Assembly (NCBI GenBank): GCA_050789065.1
Contig: JBOZRS010000045.1
Span: 73,875-137,874, forward strand
Source of the DNA: Microvirga sp.
GTDB taxonomy: Bacteria > Pseudomonadota > Alphaproteobacteria > Rhizobiales > Beijerinckiaceae
Direction: 5' to 3'
Length of the DNA: 64,000 bases
Below, piece by piece: positions 1-7,921 of the stretch; position 1 is the first letter of the stretch, and each line of letters starts with the position of its first letter. The notes beneath the pieces were generated by a model. The model did no database searches and was not told the origin of the DNA. It worked only from the letters and a program-made list of their open reading frames with translations. The position numbers were made by a program, and so were the translations under genes.

Positions 1-50
1 CTGTCGTCCTGGTCCTCGCCGCAGCAGTATTCCCCCTCGCGGGTCTCTGA
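1..50 (+). CDS. 3' end of an unidentified CDS entering from the left edge (hydrophobic C-terminus ...VVLVLAAAVFPLAGL*)
   Basis: Frame 3 is open from base 3 to TGA at 48-50, with mostly G/C third positions. Too short to identify. Confidence 0.3.
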   Translation, partial: VVLVLAAAVFPLAGL

Positions 51-82
51 GAGAAAAAGAAAAAGCAAGGCTTTCGCCTTGC
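51..82 (-). terminator. Rho-independent terminator-like hairpin oriented for the minus strand
   Basis: Stem GCAAGGC (65-71), loop TTTC, stem GCCTTGC (76-82). The A-run GAGAAAAAGAAAAA (51-64) on the + strand becomes a U-run directly after the hairpin on the - strand. Confidence 0.4.
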
Positions 83-423
83 CTGAACTGCCTTTTGGCA
101 ATTTTTGATCCCTGGCTTTCTTAGACCTGCACCTCTGACGGCGCTTGGGATCGTGTTCCTCCCGAAACTCGGACCGCAGCCTCTGACTTGGAAAGTCCAA
201 GACTTTAGTCTCTCGCTTATAATCGCCTTACCTATGGGTGTCATCTTTTTTAGGCGCCGCCTGATGCATTTTTCGGCATTTGTAGTATTGACCTTTCGTC
301 TAATACTGCGTGCCGCAGGCCCGGTGAGGCGATCACAGCTTGTCTTTTGCCCGGGGCCTGTGTTGTGTGCTTCGAACGAGTCGTTACCGGCTGTCCACTC
401 CTGACCGAGATTGAAGGCGTCCC

Positions 424-1752
424 ATGCGTTTAAGCCGTTACTTCCTGCCCATTCTCCGCGAGACGCCAAAAGAGGCGGAGATCGTCTCCCATCGCCTGAT
501 GCTGCGCGCCGGCATGATCCGCCAGGAAGCAGCGGGCATCTATGCTTGGCTACCCCTCGGCCTGCGGGTGCTCAACAAGGTCAATGCGATCATCCGCGAG
601 GAGCAGAATCGCTCGGGTGCCATCGAGCTCCTGATGCCAACCATCCAATCGGCGGATCTCTGGCGGGAGTCCGGGCGCTACGACGCTTACGGCAAGGAGA
701 TGCTGCGCATCCAGGATCGGCATGAGCGCGAGATGCTCTTCGGGCCGACGAACGAGGAGATGATCACGGAGATCTTCCGGGGCTATGTGCGCTCCTACAA
801 GGACCTGCCCCTGAACCTCTACCATATCCAGTGGAAGTTCCGCGACGAGGTTCGCCCGCGTTTCGGCGTGATGCGCTCGCGCGAGTTCCTCATGAAGGAC
901 GCCTATTCGTTCGACCTGGATCAGGCGGGAGCCGTTCATTCCTACAACAAGATGTTCGTGGCCTACCTGCGCACTTTCGCCCGGATGGGTCTCAAGGCGA
1001 TCCCCATGCGGGCCGATACGGGCCCCATCGGCGGAAACCTGAGCCACGAGTTCATCATTCTCGCCTCGACCGGCGAGAGCGAGGTCTTCTGCAACTCGGA
1101 TTACCTCGACTTCGATATCCCGGCGGCCGACACGGATTTCGACAACATCCCCGGCCTCCAGAGCACCGTCGACAAATGGACCTCGCTCTACGCCGCCACG
1201 TCGGAGATGCACGACGCCGCCGCTTTCGAGGCCGTCCCGAACGACAAGAAGATGTCCGCCCGGGGGATCGAGGTCGGACACATCTTCTATTTCGGCACGA
1301 AGTACTCCGCACCCATGGGCGCGAAGGTCATGGGGCCGGACGGACAGGAGCGGGACGTCCATATGGGCTCCTACGGCATCGGCCCGAGCCGCCTGATCGC
1401 CGCCATCATCGAGGCAAGCCATGACGAGAACGGCATCATCTGGCCGGAATCGGTCGCTCCGTTCGACGTCGCGCTGCTCAACCTCAAGACCGGCGACTCG
1501 GCGACCGACGCCGCCTGTGAGACGCTCTACCGCGAGCTGACCGCGGCGGGACGCGACGTGCTCTATGACGACCGCGACGAGCGCCCGGGCGGAAAGTTCG
1601 CCACGGCCGACCTCATCGGCGTTCCATGGCAGGTTCTGATCGGGCCGAAGGGGCTCGCCGAGGGCCGGGTCGAGCTGAAGCACCGCGCCACGGGCGAGCG
1701 TGAACTTCTGCCTCTCGGAGATGTGGTCGCGCGGCTGAGCGCGCATAAGTAA
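424..1752 (+). CDS. proS: Prolyl-tRNA synthetase (short alphaproteobacterial form)
   Basis: 442-aa ORF. The N-terminus [34 protein letters not shown] is the characteristic ProS start, with class II synthetase core and C-terminal anticodon-binding region. Confidence 0.95.
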   Translation: MRLSRYFLPILRETPKEAEIVSHRLMLRAGMIRQEAAGIYAWLPLGLRVLNKVNAIIREEQNRSGAIELLMPTIQSADLWRESGRYDAYGKEMLRIQDRHEREMLFGPTNEEMITEIFRGYVRSYKDLPLNLYHIQWKFRDEVRPRFGVMRSREFLMKDAYSFDLDQAGAVHSYNKMFVAYLRTFARMGLKAIPMRADTGPIGGNLSHEFIILASTGESEVFCNSDYLDFDIPAADTDFDNIPGLQSTVDKWTSLYAATSEMHDAAAFEAVPNDKKMSARGIEVGHIFYFGTKYSAPMGAKVMGPDGQERDVHMGSYGIGPSRLIAAIIEASHDENGIIWPESVAPFDVALLNLKTGDSATDAACETLYRELTAAGRDVLYDDRDERPGGKFATADLIGVPWQVLIGPKGLAEGRVELKHRATGERELLPLGDVVARLSAHK

Positions 1753-1759
1753 GGCTGTC

Positions 1760-3034
1760 ATGGACAAGACAGCGCCCACCGGGACCAAGCCCTTTTCCCT
1801 CTTCGAGTGGATGCTCGCTGGGCGTTATCTGCGGACGCGCCGGCGGGAGGGGTTTGTCTCGGTGATTGCCGGCTTCTCGTTTCTCGGCATCATGCTCGGG
1901 GTCGCCACCCTGATCGTGGTGCTTTCGGTCATGAACGGGTTTCGCAAGGAACTGCTCGACAAGATCGTCGGTATCAACGGGCACATCTTTGTCGCGCCCA
2001 TCGAGTCGCCGCTGACCGACTATGCCGAAGTCTCGAAGCGGATTGCCGCCATTCCCGGCGTGAAACGGGCGATCCCACTGGTGGAGGGGCAGGCCTTCGG
2101 CTCGTCGCAATACAGCGGCAGCGGCGTACTGGTGCGCGGCATCCGAGGGGAGGATCTCCGGAAAATCGAGCACATCGCCGACAATATCCGCCAGGGCAGT
2201 CTGGACAACTTTGACGAGGGGGAGGGCGTCGTAATCGGGCGGCGTCTGGCTGAGGCCCTGTCCCTTCAGGCCGGCGACACATTCACGCTGATCACGCCCC
2301 GCGGCGCTGCGACCCCGTTTGGCACTGCGCCACGCATCAAAGGGTATCCGGTCAAGGCCGTCTTCGAAATCGGTATGTCGGAATTCGACTCGACCTTCGT
2401 GTTCATGCCGCTGACCGAGGCCCAGAGCTACTTCAACCGCCAGGGCGACGTGCAGCTCATCGAGGTCTACCTCGACAATGCGGACAAGGTGGACGAGGCC
2501 CGCGCCGCCATCGAGGCGGCGGCCGGACGACCGATCCTCATGACGGACTGGCGACAGCGCAACCGCACCTTCTTCGGCGCGCTGGAGGTCGAGCGGAACG
2601 TGATGTTCCTGATCCTTACGCTCATCGTCCTGGTTGCCGCGCTCAACATCATTTCCGGGCTCATCATGCTCGTGAAGGACAAGTCCGAAGACATCGCGAT
2701 CCTGCGCACCATGGGGGCGACGCGCGGGGCGATCATGCGCGTCTTTCTGATCACGGGCGCTTCGATCGGGATCGTCGGCACCATCGCGGGCTTCGTCCTC
2801 GGCCTGCTGCTGGCTCTCAATGTGGAGAGCATCCGCAACTTCATCTCGAAGCTGACGAATACCAATCTCTTCCCGGCGGAACTCTATTTCCTCAGCCGCC
2901 TTCCGGCGGACGTGAACCCGACCGAGGTGGTCACCATTTTGGTCATGGCGATGGTGCTCTCGTTGCTCGCGACCCTTTATCCCTCCTGGCGGGCCGCGAA
3001 GCTCGATCCGGTCGAGGCGTTGCGTTACGGATAA
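1760..3034 (+). CDS. Lipoprotein-releasing ABC transporter permease (LolC/LolE family, FtsX/MacB-type)
   Basis: 424-aa ORF. N-terminal TM, large periplasmic loop, three C-terminal TMs. Followed 4 nt later by lolD. Confidence 0.88.
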   Translation: MDKTAPTGTKPFSLFEWMLAGRYLRTRRREGFVSVIAGFSFLGIMLGVATLIVVLSVMNGFRKELLDKIVGINGHIFVAPIESPLTDYAEVSKRIAAIPGVKRAIPLVEGQAFGSSQYSGSGVLVRGIRGEDLRKIEHIADNIRQGSLDNFDEGEGVVIGRRLAEALSLQAGDTFTLITPRGAATPFGTAPRIKGYPVKAVFEIGMSEFDSTFVFMPLTEAQSYFNRQGDVQLIEVYLDNADKVDEARAAIEAAAGRPILMTDWRQRNRTFFGALEVERNVMFLILTLIVLVAALNIISGLIMLVKDKSEDIAILRTMGATRGAIMRVFLITGASIGIVGTIAGFVLGLLLALNVESIRNFISKLTNTNLFPAELYFLSRLPADVNPTEVVTILVMAMVLSLLATLYPSWRAAKLDPVEALRYG

Positions 3035-3037
3035 AGT

Positions 3038-3733
3038 ATGTCTCCAGGCCAGCCGCAACCCGCCCTTTACCTGTCAAAAGTCGAGCGTCGTTACCCTGAG
3101 GGAGACGGCTTTCTCGAAGTCTTACGCGGCGCGGATCTGGCGATCTGGCCCGGGGAGATCGTGGCGCTCATCGCCCCGTCGGGAACCGGAAAGTCCACGT
3201 TGCTCCATGTGGCGGGACTTCTCGAGAAGCCCGATGGCGGCGAGGTCTATGTCGGATCGAAACCGACCGCCGCCATGGGCGACCAGGAGCGCACGCGGAT
3301 CCGGCGCGAGGAACTGGGCTTCGTGTACCAGTTCCACCACCTCCTGCCCGAGTTCTCGGCTCTGGAGAACGTCGTCATTCCGCAGCTCATTCGCGGACTG
3401 CCCAGGGCCGAGGCCCGGGATCGCGCGACGCAGCTCCTGACCTTTCTCGGGTTGGGCAAGCGCCTCGATCACCGCCCTGGCGAGCTCTCAGGCGGCGAGC
3501 AGCAGCGCGTCGCCATCGCGCGCGCTGTCGCCAATGCGCCGCGCCTGCTTTTGGCAGACGAACCAACCGGCAATCTCGATCCCCAGACCGCCGATCGGGT
3601 CTTCCAGACCTTGGTGGCCATCGTCAGGGCATCCCGTCTCGCGGCGCTGATCGCGACCCACAATATGGATCTTGCGGCCCGCATGGATCGTCGCGTGACC
3701 ATCCGCGACGGGGCGGTCGTGCAACTGCCCTGA
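3038..3733 (+). CDS. lolD: Lipoprotein-releasing system ATP-binding protein
   Basis: Walker A GTGKST, signature LSGGEQQR, Walker B LLLADEP. Operon position after the Lol permease. Confidence 0.9.
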   Translation: MSPGQPQPALYLSKVERRYPEGDGFLEVLRGADLAIWPGEIVALIAPSGTGKSTLLHVAGLLEKPDGGEVYVGSKPTAAMGDQERTRIRREELGFVYQFHHLLPEFSALENVVIPQLIRGLPRAEARDRATQLLTFLGLGKRLDHRPGELSGGEQQRVAIARAVANAPRLLLADEPTGNLDPQTADRVFQTLVAIVRASRLAALIATHNMDLAARMDRRVTIRDGAVVQLP

Positions 3734-3936
3734 ACTTGTCCGGGAAGGGCTGCCGGGATGAGCCCACGCCTTCCGGGTCCTTGCCGCCGTCACTTGCCGA
3801 TCCTTCCGCAAAGACGGCGAGGCGCGCCTTCAGATTGGTGATCCCCTAACGAGCGCGGCCACAACGGCGACAGAGAGGTTCTTCCGCACCGTTAAGCCTT
3901 GGTTGACTCTGTCTTCAGGGAGGGTTCCACACAGGC

Positions 3937-3980
3937 TTTACACAGAACATCTAAGGAACAAAAATGAACATGTCAGGAAC
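3937..3980 (+). promoter_or_regulatory. Putative SOS-regulated promoter: TTTACA-N17-AAAAAT overlapped by two tandem LexA boxes (GAAC-N7-GAAC)
   Basis: GAAC at 3945, 3956, 3966 and 3977. Spacings are N7, N6, N7, giving box 1 at 3945-3959 and box 2 at 3966-3980. Candidate -35 TTTACA at 3937-3942 and -10 AAAAAT at 3960-3965. Confidence 0.6.
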
Positions 3981-3994
3981 ATGGAGATCCCAAG

Positions 3995-4096
3995 ATGCTT
4001 CGCACCATCATCGAGACCGCCGCTGAAATCACTTCCCTCGTCATGTTCGGGTCCGCCGTGGCAATCTGGGCCCTGGTTCTTTCTCCTGTCGCCTGA
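3995..4096 (+). CDS. Unannotated 33-aa hydrophobic peptide (MLRTIIETAAEITSLVMFGSAVAIWALVLSPVA)
   Basis: ATG at 3995 sits 8 nt after GGAG (3983-3986); TGA at 4094-4096. About 70% G/C at third codon positions, and one predicted TM helix. Below the size cut-off of the ORF track. Confidence 0.5.
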   Translation: MLRTIIETAAEITSLVMFGSAVAIWALVLSPVA

Positions 4097-4216
4097 TACC
4101 CGCAATATACACTCAATCACCGGGATTCACAGGAACGTAGTCCTCGCGGGTCCCGGTAACCGTCTCTTAGCGGAGAATCGTGGCAGTATGTGCGCCGTTT
4201 GTGAGTAAAGAGTTTC

Positions 4217-7200
4217 ATGGCGCACATTCTTCAAGACGTCGGTTTCGTGCATCTGCACGTTCACTCCTCGTACTCGCTGCTCGAGGGAGCGCTGAAGATC
4301 GCGCAATTGGCGAAGCTGGCTGCGGCCGACAAACAGCCGGCACTCGCGCTCACTGATACGAACAATCTTTTCGGCGCCCTCGAATTTTCCGAGAAGCTCG
4401 CCGGCTCGGGCATGCAGCCCATTGCCGGCGTGCAGCTCTCGGTGTGTTTCGAGGAGGCCGATCCGGTGGCGCGGGTCGTTCCGCTCCCTGCCAACATCGT
4501 CCTCCTCGCCCAGACCGAGGAAGGCTACCGTAATCTCATGCGGCTCGTGAGCCGCGCTTATTTCGACGTGCCGCTCGGCGAGAATCCCAGAGTCGCGGCC
4601 CCGGTTCTGCTCAACCATAGCGAAGGATTGATCGCGCTGACCGGCGGCTTCTCGGGGCCTCTCGACAGCGCTCTGCGGAACGGCGGTCGCCAGGATCTGG
4701 CACAGACAAGGCTCGACATCCTCAAGATCGCCTTCGGCCATCAGCTCTATGTCGAGATCCAGCGCCATGGGCTCGACGAGGAGCGCATGGTCGAGGGGGA
4801 ACTCCTCGCGCTCGCGGACCGCAACGGCCTGCCCATCGTGGCCACCAATGAGCCCTTCTTCTCGTCATCGAAGGATTACGAGGCGCATGATGCGCTTCTG
4901 GCCATTGCAGAGGGCCGAATCGTCTCGGACGAGAACCGCCGCCGCCTGTCCCCGCAGCACGAATTCAAGACACGCCAGCAGATGGTGGAGCTGTTCGCCG
5001 ATCTGCCGGACGCCCTGCAGGCAAGCGTCGAGATCGCCATGCGCTGCTCGGCCCGGGTGAGGACCCGAAAGCCGATTCTGCCGAATTTCGGCACCGGCCC
5101 CGATGCCTCTTCTCTGGACGAAGGCGAGGAACTGAAGCGCCAGGCGGAGGAAGGGCTGCTCAAGCGTCTGGCCGCACATGGTCCGGCACCCGGGCTGACC
5201 GAGCAGGATTATCACGATCGTCTCGCCTACGAGATCGGCATCATCCAGAAGATGAAGTTCCCGGGCTACTTCCTGATCGTGTCCGACTTCATCAAATGGG
5301 CGAAGGACCACAACATTCCGGTCGGCCCGGGCCGCGGATCGGGCGCGGGCTCGCTCGTGGCCTATGCGCTCACCATCACGGATCTCGATCCTCTGCGTTT
5401 TGCGCTGCTCTTCGAGCGCTTCCTCAACCCGGAACGCGTCTCGATGCCCGACTTCGATATCGACTTCTGCGTCGATAACCGTGAGCGCGTCATCGAATAC
5501 GTGCAGCAGCGCTATGGCGAGGAGCAGGTCGCGCAGATCATCACCTTCGGTACGCTCCTCGCCCGAGGCGTGATGCGCGACGTCGGCCGGGTGCTCGAAA
5601 TGCCTTACGGGCAGGTCGACAAGCTCACGAAACTCGTGCCGCAGAATCCGGCCAATCCGGTGACCCTGGCGCAGGCCATCGAAGGTGAACCGAGGCTTCA
5701 GGCCGCCATCGACGAGGAGCCCGTCGTCAAGCGCATGCTCGACATCGCGCAGAAGCTCGAGGGCCTCCACCGCCACGCCTCGACCCACGCGGCGGGCGTC
5801 GTGATCGGCGACCGCCCCCTGCAGGAACTGGTTCCGCTCTATCGAGATCCGAAAACCGGCATGCGGGTGACCCAGTTCAACATGAAATGGGTCGAGCAGG
5901 CCGGCCTCGTGAAGTTCGACTTCCTGGGTCTGAAGACGCTCACCGTGCTGCGCACGGCGGTCGATCTCATCAAGCGCAAGGGCATCGACATCGATCTCTC
6001 GGCGCTGCCGCTCGATGACCGCAAGACCTACGAGATGCTCCGGCGCGGCGAAACGGTCGGCGTGTTCCAGGTGGAATCGGTGGGCATGCGCAAAGCCCTC
6101 GTCGAAATGGAGACCGACCGCTTCGAGGACATCATCGCGCTCGTGGCCCTCTATCGCCCGGGTCCGATGGCCAACATCCCGGTGTACTGCGCCCGCAAGC
6201 TCGGCAAGGACGAGCATAATAAGAAGGACTGGTATCCTCACGAGAAACTGGAGCCCATCCTCCGCGAGACGTTCGGCATCATCGTCTACCAGGAGCAGGT
6301 GATGGAGGTGGCGAAAGTCCTCTCCGGCTACTCGCTCGGCGACGCCGACTTGCTGCGTCGCGCGATGGGCAAGAAGATCAAGGCCGAGATGGATGCCCAG
6401 CGCGAGCGTTTCGTCTCGGGCGCGGCCAAGGACGGCCTCGACCAAGCCAAGGCGAACGAGATCTTCGACCTCCTCGCCAAGTTCGCGGATTACGGCTTCA
6501 ACAAGAGCCACGCGGCCGCTTACGCCCTGGTCGCATTCCAGACCGCCTATCTGAAGGCCAATTACCCGGTCGAGTTCCTGGCCGCGTCCATGACGCTCGA
6601 CCTCGACAACACGGACAAACTCTCGGAATTTCGCCGCGAGGCGCAGCGGCTCGGCTTCAAGGTGATTCCGCCCTCGATCAACCGCTCGGGCGTCGTGTTC
6701 GACGTGGTCTATGACGAGGATGGGAAAGGTTCGATCCTTTATGCGCTCGCGGCCGTCAAGGGCGTCGGCCGGCAGGCCATCGAAAGCGTGATCGAGGCGA
6801 GGGGGGACACGCCCTTCAAGGATCTCGCCGACTTCGCCCGGCGCATCAATCCGCGCATGCTCAACAAGCGCACGCTCGAAAACCTGATCGCGGCGGGTGC
6901 CTTCGACGAGCTGGAGCCGGATCGGGCCAAGGCCTGCGCCTCGATCGACGCCATGATGAGCCTCGCGCAGCAGGCGTACGAGGCTGCCAATGGCGGCATG
7001 ATCGACATGTTCGGCGGCATGGCCTCGGCGGACGTGCAATTGCGGATCCCGGCGTACGATCCGTGGCCCGCCGCCGAGAAGCTTCAGCGGGAATACGACG
7101 CCGTCGGCTTCTTCCTGTCGGGACATCCCCTCGACGAGTATGGTGACCTGCTCAAGAAGCTTCGGGTCCAGACCTGGGTCGATTTCTGTCGCTCGGTGAA

Positions 7201-7690
7201 GGCCGGCAACTCGGTGGGCCGCGTCGCCGCGACCGTACTCGACCGCCAGGAGCGCCGCACCAAGACCGGCAATAAGATGGGCATTCTGACCCTCTCGGAT
7301 CAGACCGGGCAGTTCGAGGCGATCATCTTCTCGGAGGGGCTGCAGCGTCTCCGTGACGTTCTCGAGCCGGGTGCTGCCGTCGTGCTCATGCTGCAGGCCG
7401 GAATCGAAGGAGAAGAGGTGCGGGCGCGCATCGGCATGGCCGAGCCTCTGGATGAGGCCATCGCCAAGCACCAGAAGGGCATGCGGATATTCCTGCGCGA
7501 CGAGCGGCCTATCAGCAGCGTCTACGAGCGGCTGAGAGCGCGTGGCGAGGGAGAGGTCTCCCTCGTCCTCATCCTCGACGACGGCGACCGCGAAGTCGAG
7601 GTCAAGCTCCCGGGCAAGTACATGGCCACGCCCCAGATCGCCGGTGCGCTGCGCGCCGTGCCGGGGGTCGTGGACGTGCACATGAATTAG
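4217..7690 (+). CDS. dnaE: DNA polymerase III alpha subunit
   Basis: 1157-aa ORF. PHP-domain start FVHLHVHSSYSLLEGA, polymerase core, OB-fold C-terminus. Confidence 0.97.
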   Translation: MAHILQDVGFVHLHVHSSYSLLEGALKIAQLAKLAAADKQPALALTDTNNLFGALEFSEKLAGSGMQPIAGVQLSVCFEEADPVARVVPLPANIVLLAQTEEGYRNLMRLVSRAYFDVPLGENPRVAAPVLLNHSEGLIALTGGFSGPLDSALRNGGRQDLAQTRLDILKIAFGHQLYVEIQRHGLDEERMVEGELLALADRNGLPIVATNEPFFSSSKDYEAHDALLAIAEGRIVSDENRRRLSPQHEFKTRQQMVELFADLPDALQASVEIAMRCSARVRTRKPILPNFGTGPDASSLDEGEELKRQAEEGLLKRLAAHGPAPGLTEQDYHDRLAYEIGIIQKMKFPGYFLIVSDFIKWAKDHNIPVGPGRGSGAGSLVAYALTITDLDPLRFALLFERFLNPERVSMPDFDIDFCVDNRERVIEYVQQRYGEEQVAQIITFGTLLARGVMRDVGRVLEMPYGQVDKLTKLVPQNPANPVTLAQAIEGEPRLQAAIDEEPVVKRMLDIAQKLEGLHRHASTHAAGVVIGDRPLQELVPLYRDPKTGMRVTQFNMKWVEQAGLVKFDFLGLKTLTVLRTAVDLIKRKGIDIDLSALPLDDRKTYEMLRRGETVGVFQVESVGMRKALVEMETDRFEDIIALVALYRPGPMANIPVYCARKLGKDEHNKKDWYPHEKLEPILRETFGIIVYQEQVMEVAKVLSGYSLGDADLLRRAMGKKIKAEMDAQRERFVSGAAKDGLDQAKANEIFDLLAKFADYGFNKSHAAAYALVAFQTAYLKANYPVEFLAASMTLDLDNTDKLSEFRREAQRLGFKVIPPSINRSGVVFDVVYDEDGKGSILYALAAVKGVGRQAIESVIEARGDTPFKDLADFARRINPRMLNKRTLENLIAAGAFDELEPDRAKACASIDAMMSLAQQAYEAANGGMIDMFGGMASADVQLRIPAYDPWPAAEKLQREYDAVGFFLSGHPLDEYGDLLKKLRVQTWVDFCRSVKAGNSVGRVAATVLDRQERRTKTGNKMGILTLSDQTGQFEAIIFSEGLQRLRDVLEPGAAVVLMLQAGIEGEEVRARIGMAEPLDEAIAKHQKGMRIFLRDERPISSVYERLRARGEGEVSLVLILDDGDREVEVKLPGKYMATPQIAGALRAVPGVVDVHMN

Positions 7691-7692
7691 GG

Positions 7693-7707
7693 GGACCAGC
7701 TTGGTCC
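7693..7707 (+). terminator. Weak hairpin after dnaE (GGACCA-GCT-TGGTCC followed by TCTTCGGCTTTGG)
   Basis: 6-bp stem directly after the dnaE stop with a T-rich tail. Short stem, so tentative. Confidence 0.3.
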
Positions 7708-7725
7708 TCTTCGGCTTTGGAAAAT

Positions 7726-7800
7726 GGAATCCATAGCGCAGCGCGTGCGGCTGGATTCCCTTCCCCTGCGGTGACTGCGTCACCTCCGGCCGGGAATGAC
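7726..7800. repeat. Partial copy of an intergenic palindromic (REP/MITE-like) element
   Basis: Inverted repeat GGAATCCA...TGGATTCC, ending in CCGGGAATGAC, the same terminus as the full copies at 7817-7913 and 10434-10528. Confidence 0.6.
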
Positions 7801-7816
7801 AGTGGGAACGCACCAT

Positions 7817-7913
7817 GTCATCCCCGGCGGTCCGAAGGACCGGGAAGGGGATCCAAACACGCGCTGCCCTGTGGATTCCCGTCCCCTCCGCTGCGCGTCC
7901 TTCCGGGAGTGAC
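7817..7913. repeat. Full copy (about 97 bp) of an intergenic palindromic element
   Basis: Runs GTCATCCCCGGCGGTCCGAAGGACCGGGAAGGGGATCC...TGGATTCCC...CCGGGAGTGAC. Terminal and internal inverted repeats. Collinear with 10434-10528. Confidence 0.7.
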
Positions 7914-7921
7914 ACTGGTCG

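Noticed and set aside
105-404. 99-aa + strand ORF in the gap upstream of proS.
   Set aside because: No third-position G/C bias, no SD, alternative start codon, and an implausible sequence. The region is treated as non-coding.
550-1788. 412-aa ORF antisense to proS. Similar long antisense or shadow ORFs: 1613..3058, 4865..7915 (1016 aa, antisense to dnaE), 8294..9343, 12994..14151, 21346..22992, 24992..26122, 26800..28131, 33834..34877, 43547..45187, 56440..57909.
   Set aside because: Each lies opposite or out of frame to a gene with unmistakable family motifs. The translations are Arg/Ala/Gly/Pro-rich low-complexity strings typical of stop-codon-poor frames in high-GC DNA.
3903-4208. 101-aa ORF covering the lolD-dnaE gap.
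   Set aside because: Pro/Ser/Cys-rich nonsense-like translation. The 33-aa ORF in another frame (3995-4096) has an SD, coding-like codon bias and a clean TM helix.
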